Positions 51,201 through 64,000 of a stretch of 64,000 bases of DNA are shown in pieces. The translations under genes and the position numbers were made by a program. Under the pieces are notes generated by a model, which did no database searches, was not told the origin of the DNA, and saw only the letters and a list, made by a program, of their open reading frames with translations. The stretch is taken from the NCBI GenBank assembly GCA_964057225.1, contig CAXKVF010000077.1, positions 62,001 to 126,000 of the forward strand. The letters are read 5' to 3'. The first letter of the stretch is position 1, and every line of letters begins with the position of its first letter. Origin of the DNA: Auanema rhodensis. Taxonomy: Eukaryota > Animalia > Nematoda.

Positions 51201-54200
51201 TGGACATGGGGAATCTAATTTTGAAAACCGCATCTCTTTATCTTTCACGTGAAGCGAGTTACATACCAAGTGCACATCACGTGTACATTTAATTAGCATA
51301 AATTAAAGTTCACGTAAATTTCAAAGTCATGGTTACCATGCACCAATATCAATAAAAATTTGTTTTTAAACTAATATGGACATGGGGAATCTAATTTTGA
51401 AAACCGCATCTCTTTATCTTTCACGTGAAGCGAGTTACATACCAAGTGCACATCACGTGTACATTTAATTAGCATAAATTAAAGTTCACGTAAATTTCAA
51501 AGTCATGGTTACCATGCACCAATATCAATAAAAATTTGTTTTTAGACTAATATGGACATGGGGAATCTAATTTTGAAAACCGCATCTCTTTATCTTTCAC
51601 GTGAAGCGAGTTACATACCAAGTGCACATCACGTGTACATTTAATTAGCATAAATTAAAGTTCACGTAAATTTCAAAGTCATGGTTACCATGAACCAATA
51701 TCAATAAAAATTTGTTTTTAGACTAATATGGACATGGGGAATCTAATTTTGAAAACCGCATCTCTTTATCTTTCACGTGAAGCGAGTTACATACCAAGTG
51801 CACATCACGTGTACATTTAATTAGCATAAATTAAAGTTCACGTAAATTTCAAAGTCATGGTTACCATGAACCAATATCAATAAAAATTTGTTTTTAGACT
51901 AATATGGACATGGGGAATCTAATTTTGAAAACCGCATCTCTTTATCTTTCACGTGAAGCGAGTTACATACCAAGTGCACATCACGTGTACATTTAATTAG
52001 CATAAATTAAAGTTCACGTAAATTTCAAAGTCATGGTTACCATGAACCAATATCAATAAAAATTTGTTTTTAGACTAATATGGACATGGGGAATCTAATT
52101 TTGAAAACCGCATCTCTTTATCTTTCACGTGAAGCGAGTTACATACCAAGTGCACATCACGTGTACATTTAATTAGCATAAATTAAAGTTCACGTAAATT
52201 TCAAAGTCATGGTTACCATTAAGCAATATCAATAAAAATTTGTTTTTAGACTAATATGGACATGGGGAATCTAATTTTGAAAACCGCATCTCTTTATCTT
52301 TCACGTGAAGCGAGTTACATACCAAGTGCACATCACGTGTACATTTAATTAGCATAAATTAAAGTTCACGTAAATTTCAAAGTCATGGTTACCATGAAGC
52401 AATATCAATAAAAATTTGTTTTTAGACTAATATGGACATGGGGAATCTAATTTTGAAAACCGCATCTCTTTATCTTTCACGTGAAGCGAGTTACATACCA
52501 AGTGCACATCACGTGTACATTTAATTAGCATAAATTAAAGTTCACGTAAATTTCAAAGTCATGGTTACCATGAACCAATATCAATAAAAATTTGTTTTTA
52601 AACTAATATGGACATGGGGAATCTAATTTTGAAAACCGCATCTCTTTATCTTTCACGTGAAGCGAGTTACATACCAAGTGCACATCACGTGTACATTTAA
52701 TTAGCATAAATTAAAGTTCACGTAAATTTCAAAGTCATGGTTACCATGAACCAATATCAATAAAAATTTGTTTTTAAACTAATATGGACATGGGGAATCT
52801 AATTTTGAAAACCGCATCTCTTTATCTTTCACGTGAAGCGAGTTACATACCAAGTGCACATCACGTGTACATTTAATTAGCATAAATTAAAGTTCACGTA
52901 AATTTCAAAGTCATGGTTACCATGAACCAATATCAATAAAAATTTGTTTTTAAACTAATATGGACATGGGGAATCTAATTTTGAAAACCGCATCTCTTTA
53001 TCTTTCACGTGAAGCGAGTTACATACCAAGTGCACATCACGTGTACATTTAATTAGCATAAATTAAAGTTCACGTAAATTTCAAAGTCATGGTTACCATG
53101 AACCAATATCAATAAAAATTTGTTTTTAGACTAATATGGACATGGGGAATCTAATTTTGAAAACCGCATCTCTTTATCTTTCACGTGAAGCGAGTTACAT
53201 ACCAAGTGCACATCACGTGTACATTTAATTAGCATAAATTAAAGTTCACGTAAATTTCAAAGTCATGGTTACCATGAAGCAATATCAATAAAAATTTGTT
53301 TTTAGACTAATATGGACATGGGGAATCTAATTTTGAAAACCGCATCTCTTTATCTTTCACGTGAAGCGAGTTACATACCAAGTGCACATCACGTGTACAT
53401 TTAATTAGCATAAATTAAAGTTCACGTAAATTTCAAAGTCATGGTTACCATGAACCAATATCAATAAAAATTTGTTTTTAAACTAATATGGACATGGGGA
53501 ATCTAATTTTGAAAACCGCATCTCTTTATCTTTCACGTGAAGCGAGTTACATACCAAGTGCACATCACGTGTACATTTAATTAGCATAAATTAAAGTTCA
53601 CGTAAATTTCAAAGTCATGGTTACCATTAAGCAATATCAATAAAAATTTGTTTTTAGACTAATATGGACATGGGGAATCTAATTTTGAAAACCGCATCTC
53701 TTTATCTTTCACGTGAAGCGAGTTACATACCAAGTGCACATCACGTGTACATTTAATTAGCATAAATTAAAGTTCACGTAAATTTCAAAGTCATGGTTAC
53801 CATGAAGCAATATCAATAAAAATTTGTTTTTAGACTAATATGGACATGGGGAATCTAATTTTGAAAACCGCATCTCTTTATCTTTCACGTGAAGCGAGTT
53901 ACATACCAAGTGCACATCACGTGTACATTTAATTAGCATAAATTAAAGTTCACGTAAATTTCAAAGTCATGGTTACCATTAAGCAATATCAATAAAAATT
54001 TGTTTTTAGACTAATATGGACATGGGGAATCTAATTTTGAAAACCGCATCTCTTTATCTTTCACGTGAAGCGAGTTACATACCAAGTGCACATCACGTGT
54101 ACATTTAATTAGCATAAATTAAAGTTCACGTAAATTTCAAAGTCATGGTTACCATGAAGCAATATCAATAAAAATTTGTTTTTAGACTAATATGGACATG

Positions 54201-57200
54201 GGGAATCTAATTTTGAAAACCGCATCTCTTTATCTTTCACGTGAAGCGAGTTACATACCAAGTGCACATCACGTGTACATTTAATTAGCATAAATTAAAG
54301 TTCACGTAAATTTCAAAGTCATGGTTACCATGAACCAATATCAATAAAAATTTGTTTCTAAACTAATATGGACATGGGGAATCTAATTTTGAAAACCGCA
54401 TCTCTTTATCTTTCACGTGAAGCGAGTTACATACCAAGTGCACATCACGTGTACATTTAATTAGCATAAATTAAAATTCACGTAAATTTCAAAGTCATGG
54501 TTACCATGAACCAATATCAATAAAAATTTGTTTTTAAACTAATATGGACATGGGGAATCTAATTTTGAAAACCGCATCTCTTTATCTTTCACGTGAAGCG
54601 AGTTACATACCAAGTGCACATCACGTGTACATTTAATTAGCATAAATTAAAGTTCACGTAAATTTCAAAGTCATGGTTACCATGAACCAATATCAATAAA
54701 AATTTGTTTTTAGACTAATATGGACACGTGGAATCTAATTTTGAAAACCGCATCTCTTTATCTTTCACGTGAAGCGAGTTACATACCAAGTGCACATCAC
54801 GTGTACATTTAATTAGCATAAATTAAAGTTCACGTAAATTTCAAAGTCATGGTTACCATGAACCAATATCAATAAAAATTTGTTTTTAAACTAATATGGA
54901 CATGGGGAATCTAATTTTGAAAACCGCATCTCTTTATCTTTCACGTGAAGCGAGTTACATACCAAGTGCACATCACGTGTACATTTAATTAGCATAAATT
55001 AAAGTTCACGTAAATTTCAAAGTCATGGTTACCATTAAGCAATATCAATAAAAATTTGTTTTTAGACTAATATGGACATGGGGAATCTAATTTTGAAAAC
55101 CGCATCTCTTTATCTTTCACGTGAAGCGAGTTACATACCAAGTGCACATCACGTGTACATTTAATTAGCATAAATTAAAGTTCACGTAAATTTCAAAGTC
55201 ATGGTTACCATGAAGCAATATCAATAAAAATTTGTTTTTAGACTAATATGGACATGGGGAATCTAATTTTGAAAACCGCATCTCTTTATCTTTCACGTGA
55301 AGCGAGTTACATACCAAGTGCACATCACGTGTTCATTTAATTAGCATAAATTAAAGTTCACGTAAATTTCAAAGTCATGGTTACCATGAACCAATATCAA
55401 TGAAAATTTGTTTTTAGACTAATATGGACATGGGGAATCTAATTTTGAAAACCGCATCTCTTTATCTTTCACGTGAAGCGAGTTACATACCAAGTGCACA
55501 TCACGTGTACATTTAATTAGCATAAATTAAAGTTCACGTAAATTTCAAAGTCATGGTTACCATGCACCAATATCAATAAAAATTTGTTTTTAAACTAATA
55601 TGGACATGGGGAATCTAATTTTGAAAACCGCATCTCTTTATCTTTCACGTGAAGCGAGTTACATACCAAGTGCACATCACGTGTACATTTAATTAGCATA
55701 AATTAAAGTTCACGTAAATTTCAAAGTCATGGTTACCATGCACCAATATCAATAAAAATTTGTTTTTAGACTAATATGGACATGGGGAATCTAATTTTGA
55801 AAACCGCATCTCTTTATCTTTCACGTGAAGCGAGTTACATACCAAGTGCACATCACGTGTACATTTAATTAGCATAAATTAAAGTTCACGTAAATTTCAA
55901 AGTCATGGTTACCATGAACCAATATCAATAAAAATTTGTTTTTAGACTAATATGGACATGGGGAATCTAATTTTGAAAACCGCATCTCTTTATCTTTCAC
56001 GTGAAGCGAGTTACATACCAAGTGCACATCACGTGTACATTTAATTAGCATAAATTAAAGTTCACGTAAATTTCAAAGTCATGGTTACCATGAACCAATA
56101 TCAATAAAAATTTGTTTTTAGACTAATATGGACATGGGGAATCTAATTTTGAAACCCGCATCTCTTTATCTTTCACGTGAAGCGAGTTACATACCAAGTG
56201 CACATCACGTGTACATTTAATTAGCATAAATTAAAGTTCACGTAACTTTCAAAGTCATGGTTACCATGCACCAATATCAATAAAAATTTGTTTTTAGACT
56301 AATATGGACATGGGGAATCTAATTTTGAAAACCGCATCTCTTTATCTTTCACGTGAAGCGAGTTACATACCAAGTGCACATCACGTGTACATTTAATTAG
56401 CATAAATTAAAGTTCACGTAAATTTCAAAGTCATGGTTACCATGAACCAATATCAATAAAAATTTGTTTTTAGACTAATATGGACATGGGGAATCTAATT
56501 TTGCAAACCGCATCTCTTTATCTTTCACGTGAAGCGAGTTACATACCAAGTGCACATCACGTGTACATTTAATTAGCATAAATTAAAGTTCACGTAAATT
56601 TCAAAGTCATGGTTACCATGCACCAATATCAATAAAAATTTGTTTTTAAACTAATATGGACATGGGGAATCTAATTTTGAAAACCGCATCTCTTTATCTT
56701 TCACGTGAAGCGAGTTACATACCAAGTGCACATCACGTGTACATTTAATTAGCATAAATTAAAGTTCACGTAAATTTCAAAGTCATGGTTACCATGCACC
56801 AATATCAATAAAAATTTGTTTTTAGACTAATATGGACATGGGGAATCTAATTTTGAAAACCGCATCTCTTTATCTTTCACGTGAAGCGAGTTACATACCA
56901 AGTGCACATCACGTGTACATTTAATTAGCATAAATTAAAGTTCACGTAACTTTCAAAGTCATGGTTACCATGCACCAATATCAATAAAAATTTGTTTTTA
57001 GACTAATATGGACATGGGGAATCTAATTTTGAAAACCGCATCTCTTTATCTTTCACGTGAAGCGAGTTACATACCAAGTGCACATCACGTGTACATTTAA
57101 TTAGCATAAATTAAAGTTCACGTAACTTTCAAAGTCATGGTTACCATGCACCAATATCAATAAAAATTTGTTTTTGGACTAATATGGACATGGGGAATCT

Positions 57201-60200
57201 AATTTTGAAAACCGCATCTCTTTATCTTTCACGTGAAGCGAGTTACATACCAAGTGCACATCACGTGTACATTTAATTAGCATAAATTAAAGTTCACGTA
57301 AATTTCAAAGTCATGGTTACCATGAACCAATATCAATAAAAATTTGTTTTTAGACTAATATGGACATGGGGAATCTAATTTTGAAAACCGCATCTCTTTA
57401 TCTTTCACGTGAAGCGAGTTACATACCAAGTGCACATCACGTGTACATTTAATTAGCATAAATTAAAGTTCACGTAAATTTCAAAGTCATGGTTACCATG
57501 AACCAATATCAATAAAAATTTGTTTTTAGACTAATATGGACATGGGGAATCTAATTTTGAAAACCGCATCTCTTTATCTTTCACGTGAAGCGAGTTACAT
57601 ACCAAGTGCACATCACGTGTACATTTAATTAGCATAAATTAAAGTTCACGTAAATTTCAAAGTCATGGTTACCATGCACCAATATCAATAAAAATTTGTT
57701 TTTAGACTAATATGGACATGGGGAATCTAATTTTGAAAACCGCATCTCTTTATCTTTCACGTGAAGCGAGTTACATACCAAGTGCACATCACGTGTACAT
57801 TTAATTAGCATAAATTAAAGTTCACGTAAATTTCAAAGTCATGGTTACCATGAACCAATATCAATAAAAATTTGTTTTTAGACTAATATGGACATGGGGA
57901 ATCTAATTTTGAAAACCGCATCTCTTTATCTTTCACGTGAAGCGAGTTACATACCAAGTGCACATCACGTGTACATTTAATTAGCATAAATTAAAGTTCA
58001 CGTAAATTTCAAAGTCATGGTTACCATGCACCAATATCAATAAAAATTTGTTTTTAAACTAATATGGACATGGGGAATCTAATTTTGAAAACCGCATCTC
58101 TTTATCTTTCACGTGAAGCGAGTTACATACCAAGTGCACATCACGTGTACATTTAATTAGCATAAATTAAAGTTCACGTAAATTTCAAAGTCATGGTTAC
58201 CATGCACCAATATCAATAAAAATTTGTTTTTAGACTAATATGGACATGGGGAATCTAATTTTGAAAACCGCATCTCTTTATCTTTCACGTGAAGCGAGTT
58301 ACATACCAAGTGCACATCACGTGTACATTTAATTAGCATAAATTAAAGTTCACGTAAATTTCAAAGTCATGGTTACCATGCACCAATATCAATAAAAATT
58401 TGTTTTTAGACTAATATGGACATAAGGAATCTAATTTTGAAAACCGCATCTCTTTATCTTTCACGTGAAGCGAGTTACATACCAAGTGCACATCACGTTT
58501 ACATTTAATTAGCATAAATTAAAGTTCACGTAACTTTCAAAGTCATGGTTACCATGCACCAATATCAATAAAAATTTGTTTTTAGACTAATATGGACATG
58601 GGGAATCTAATTTTGAAAACCGCATCTCTTTATCTTTCACGTGAAGCGAGTTACATACCAAGTGCACATCACGTGTACATTTAATTAGCATAAATTAAAG
58701 TTCACGTAACTTTCAAAGTCATGGTTACCATGCACCAATATCGATAAAAATTTGTTTTTAGACTAATATGGACATGGGGAATCTAATTTTGAAAACCGCA
58801 TCTCTTTATCTTTCACGTGAAGCGAGTTACATACCAAGTGCACATCACGTGTACATTTAATTAGCATAAATTAAAGTTCACGTAAATTTCAAAGTCATGG
58901 TTACCATGCACCAATATCAATAAAAATTTGTTTTTAGACTAATATGGACATGGGGAATCTAATTTTGAAAACCGCATCTCTTTATCTTTCACGTGAAGCG
59001 AGTTACATACCAAGTGCACATCACGTGTACATTTAATTAGCATAAATTAAAGTTCACGTAAATTTCAAAGTCATGGTTACCATGCACCAATATCAATAAA
59101 AATTTGTTTTTAAACTAATATGGACATGGGGAATCTAATTTTGAAAACCGCATCTCTTTATCTTTCACGTGAAGCGAGTTACATACCAAGTGCACATCAC
59201 GTGTACATTTAATTAGCATAAATTAAAGTTCACGTAAATTTCAAAGTCATGGTTACCATGAACCAATATCAATAAAAATTTGTTTTTAGACTAATATGGA
59301 CATGGGGAATCTAATTTTGAAAACCGCATCTCTTTATCTTTCACGTGAAGCGAGTTACATACCAAGTGCACATCACGTGTACATTTAATTAGCATAAATT
59401 AAAGTTCACGTAAATTTCAAAGTCATGGTTACCATGCACCAATATCAATAAAAATTTGTTTTTAAACTAATATGGACATGGGGAATCTAATTTTGAAAAC
59501 CGCATCTCTTTATCTTTCACGTGAAGCGAGTTACATACCAAGTGCACATCACGTGTACATTTAATTAGCATAAATTAAAGTTCACGTAAATTTCAAAGTC
59601 ATGGTTACCATGCACCAATATCAATAAAAATTTGTTTTTAGACTAATATGGACATGGGGAATCTAATTTTGAAAACCGCATCTCTTTATCTTTCACGTGA
59701 AGCGAGTTACATACCAAGTGCACATCACGTGTACATTTAATTAGCATAAATTAAAGTTCACGTAAATTTCAAAGTCATGGTTACCATGCACCAATATCAA
59801 TAAAAATTTGTTTTTAGACTAATATGGACATGGGGAATCTAATTTTGAAAACCGCATCTCTTTATCTTTCACGTGAAGCGAGTTACATACCAAGTGCACA
59901 TCACGTGTACATTTAATTAGCATAAATTAAAGTTCACGTAAATTTCAAAGTCATGGTTACCATGCACCAATATCAATAAAAATTTGTTTTTAAACTAATA
60001 TGGACATGGGGAATCTAATTTTGAAAACCGCATCTCTTTATCTTTCACGTGAAGCGAGTTACATACCAAGTGCACATCACGTGTACATTTAATTAGCATA
60101 AATTAAAGTTCACGTAAATTTCAAAGTCATGGTTACCATGAACCAATATCAATAAAAATTTGTTTTTAGACTAATATGGACATGGGGAATCTAATTTTGA

Positions 60201-63200
60201 AAACCGCATCTCTTTATCTTTCACGTGAAGCGAGTTACATACCAAGTGCACATCACGTGTACATTTAATTAGCATAAATTAAAGTTCACGTAAATTTCAA
60301 AGTCATGGTTACCATGCACCAATATCAATAAAAATTTGTTTTTAAACTAATATGGACATGGGGAATCTAATTTTGAAAACCGCATCTCTTTATCTTTCAC
60401 GTGAAGCGAGTTACATACCAAGTGCACATCACGTGTACATTTAATTAGCATAAATTAAAGTTCACGTAAATTTCAAAGTCATGGTTACCATGCACCAATA
60501 TCAATAAAAATTTGTTTTTAGACTAGTATGGACATGGGGAATCTAATTTTGAAAACCGCATCTCTTTATCTTTCACGTGAAGCGAGTTACATACCAAGTG
60601 CACATCACGTGTACATTTAATTAGCATAAATTAAAGTTCACGTAACTTTCAAAGTCATGGTTACCATGCACCAATATCAATGAAAATTTGTTTTTAGACT
60701 AATATGGACATGGGGAATCTAATTTTGGAAACCGCATCTCTTTATCTTTCACGTGAAGCGAGTTACATACCAAGTTCACATCACGTGTACATTTAATTAG
60801 CATAAATTAAAGTTCACGTAACTTTCAAAGTCATGGTTACCATGCACCAATATCAATAAAAATTTGTTTTTAGACTAATATGGACATGGGGAATCTAATT
60901 TTGAAAACCGCATCTCTTTATCTTTCACGTGAAGCGAGTTACATACCAAGTGCACATCACGTGTACATTTAATTAGCATAAATTAAAGTTCACGTAAATT
61001 TCAAAGTCATGGTTACCATGAACCAATATCAATAAAAATTTGTTTTTAGACTAATATGGACATGGGGAATCTAATTTTGAAAACCGCATCTCTTTATCTT
61101 TCACGTGAAGCGAGTTACATACCAAGTGCACATCACGTGTACATTTAATTAGCATAAATTAAAGTTCACGTAAATTTCAAAGTCATGGTTACCATGCACC
61201 AATATCAATAAAAATTTGTTTTTAAACTAATATGGACATGGGGAATCTAATTTTGAAAACCGCATCTCTTTATCTTTCACGTGAAGCGAGTTACATACCA
61301 AGTGCACATCACGTGTACATTTAATTAGCATAAATTAAAGTTCACGTAAAATTCAAAGTCATGGTTACCATGCACCAATATCAATAAAAATTTGTTTTTA
61401 GACTAATATGGACATGGGGAATCTAATTTTGAAAACCGCATCTCTTTATCTTTCACGTGAAGCGAGTTACATACCAAGTGCACATCACGTGTACATTTAA
61501 TTAGCATAAATTAAAGTTCACGTAAATTTCAAAGTCATGGTTACCATGAACCAATATCAATAAAAATTTGTTTTTAGACTAATATGGACATGGGGAATCT
61601 AATTTTGGAAACCGCATCTCTTTATCTTTCACGTGAAGCGAGTTACATACCAAGTGCACATCACGTGTACATTTAATTAGCATAAATTAAAGTTCACGTA
61701 ACTTTCAAAGTCATGGTTACCATGAAGCAATATCAATAAAAATTTGTTTTTAGACTAATATGGACATGGGGAATCTAATTTTGAAAACCGCATCTCTTTA
61801 TCTTTCACGTGAAGCGAGTTACATACCAAGTGCACATCACGTGTACATTTAATTAGCATAAATTAAAGTTCACGTAAATTTCAAAGTCATGGTTACCATG
61901 AACCAATATCAATAAAAATTTGTTTTTAGACTAATATGGACATGGGGAATCTAATTTTGAAAACCGCATCTCTTTATCTTTCACGTGAAGCGAGTTACAT
62001 ACCAAGTGCACATCACGTGTACATTTAATTAGCATAAATTAAAGTTCACGTAACTTTCAAAGTCATGGTTACCATGCACCAATATCAATAAAAATTTGTT
62101 TTTAGACTAATATGGACATGGGGAATCTAATTTTGAAAACCGCATCTCTTTATCTTTCACGTGAAGCGAGTTACATACCAAGTGCACATCACGTGTACAT
62201 TTAATTAGCATAAATTAAAGTTCACGTAAATTTCAAAGTCATGGTTACCATGAACCAATATCAATAAAAATTTGTTTTTAGACTAATATGGACATGGGGA
62301 ATCTAATTTTGAAAACCGCATCTCTTTATCTTTCACGTGAAGCGAGTTACATACCAAGTGCACATCACGTGTACATTTAATTAGCATAAATTAAAGTTCA
62401 CGTAAATTTCAAAGTCATGGTTACCATGCACCAATATCAATAAAAATTTGTTTTTAAACTAATATGGACATGGGGAATCTAATTTTGAAAACCGCATCTC
62501 TTTATCTTTCACGTGAAGCGAGTTACATACCAAGTGCACATCACGTGTACATTTAATTAGCATAAATTAAAGTTCACGTAAAATTCAAAGTCATGGTTAC
62601 CATGCACCAATATCAATAAAAATTTGTTTTTAGACTAGTATGGACATGGGGAATCTAATTTTGAAAACCGCATCTCTTTATCTTTCACGTGAAGCGAGTT
62701 ACATACCAAGTGCACATCACGTGTACATTTAATTAGCATAAATTAAAGTTCACGTAAAATTCAAAGTCATGGTTACCATGCACCAATATCAATAAAAATT
62801 TGTTTTTAGACTAGTATGGACATGGGGAATCTAATTTTGAAAACCGCATCTCTTTATCTTTCACGTGAAGCGAGTTACATACCAAGTGCACATCACGTGT
62901 ACATTTAATTAGCATAAATTAAAGTTCACGTAAATTTCAAAGTCATGGTTACCATGAACCAATATCAATAAAAATTTGTTTTTAGACTAATATGGACATG
63001 GGGAATCTAATTTTGGAAACCGCATCTCTTTATCTTTCACGTGAAGCGAGTTACATACCAAGTGCACATCACGTGTACATTTAATTAGCATAAATTAAAG
63101 TTCACGTAAATTTCAAAGTCATGGTTACCATGAACCAATATCAATAAAAATTTGTTTTTAGACTAATATGGACATGGGGAATCTAATTTTGAAAACCGCA

Positions 63201-64000
63201 TCTCTTTATCTTTCACGTGAAGCGAGTTACATACCAAGTGCACATCACGTGTACATTTAATTAGCATAAATTAAAGTTCACGTAAATTTCAAAATCATGG
63301 TTACCATGAACCAATATCAATAAAAATTTGTTTTTAGACTAATATGGACATGGGGAATCTAATTTTGAAAACCGCATCTCTTTATCTTTCACGTGAAGCG
63401 AGTTACATACCAAGTGCACATCACGTGTACATTTAATTAGCATAAATTAAAGTTCACGTAACTTTCAAAGTCATGGTTACCATGCACCAATATCAATAAA
63501 AATTTGTTTTTAGACTAATATGGACATGGGGAATCTAATTTTGAAAACCGCATCTCTTTATCTTTCACGTGAAGCGAGTTACATACCAAGTGCACATCAC
63601 GTGTACATTTAATTAGCATAAATTAAAGTTCACGTAAATTTCAAAGTCATGGTTACCATGCACCAATATCAATAAAAATTTGTTTTTAGACTAATATGGA
63701 CATGGGGAATCTAATTTTGAATACCGCATCTCTTTATCTTTCACGTGAAGCGAGTTACATACCAAGTGCACATCACGTTTACATTTAATTAGCATAAATT
63801 AAAGTTCACGTAAATTTCAAAGTCATGGTTACCATGCACCAATATCAATAAAAATTTGTTTTTAGACTAATATGGACATGGGGAATCTAATTTTGAAAAC
63901 CGCATCTCTTTATCTTTCACGTGAAGCGAGTTACATACCAAGTGCACATCACGTGTACATTTAATTAGCATAAATTAAAGTTCACGTAAATTTCAAAGTC

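Larger units (their letters stand above)
22259..64000. repeat. 176-bp tandem satellite array, right arm (same family and orientation)
   Basis: The monomer resumes at monomer position 107. Starts then fall at 681+176k (22681, 35881, 49081, 63161), so the phase is shifted by exactly 680 bp and stays constant to the window end. Confidence 0.99.

Noticed and set aside
1-64000. CRISPR array or other repeat-spacer system
   Set aside because: The units are contiguous 176-bp copies with no unique spacers and no cas genes.

Overview
The window is almost entirely one head-to-tail array of a 176-bp, AT-rich (about 32% GC) satellite: about 360 near-identical monomers in one orientation. They differ only by scattered substitutions, with no net indel across 64 kb, which is the architecture expected of a eukaryotic (peri)centromeric satellite. 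The array is interrupted once, by a 673-bp insert (21586-22258) flanked by a TAAATTA target-site duplication. On the minus strand the insert reads as the 3' end of a heavily 5'-truncated non-LTR retrotransposon, most likely of the CR1/L2 group. It carries the last 28 codons of ORF2 (WNSIP...F.K.L...L), a 544-bp 3' UTR and AATAAA seven bases from the end. Its 5' junction is a 42-bp patchwork that alternates copies of element and target sequence. Shared single-base variants among monomers reveal local higher-order repeats, nested block duplications and regional variant turnover. There are no intact genes, RNA genes or CRISPR arrays, and the organism cannot be identified from the sequence alone.
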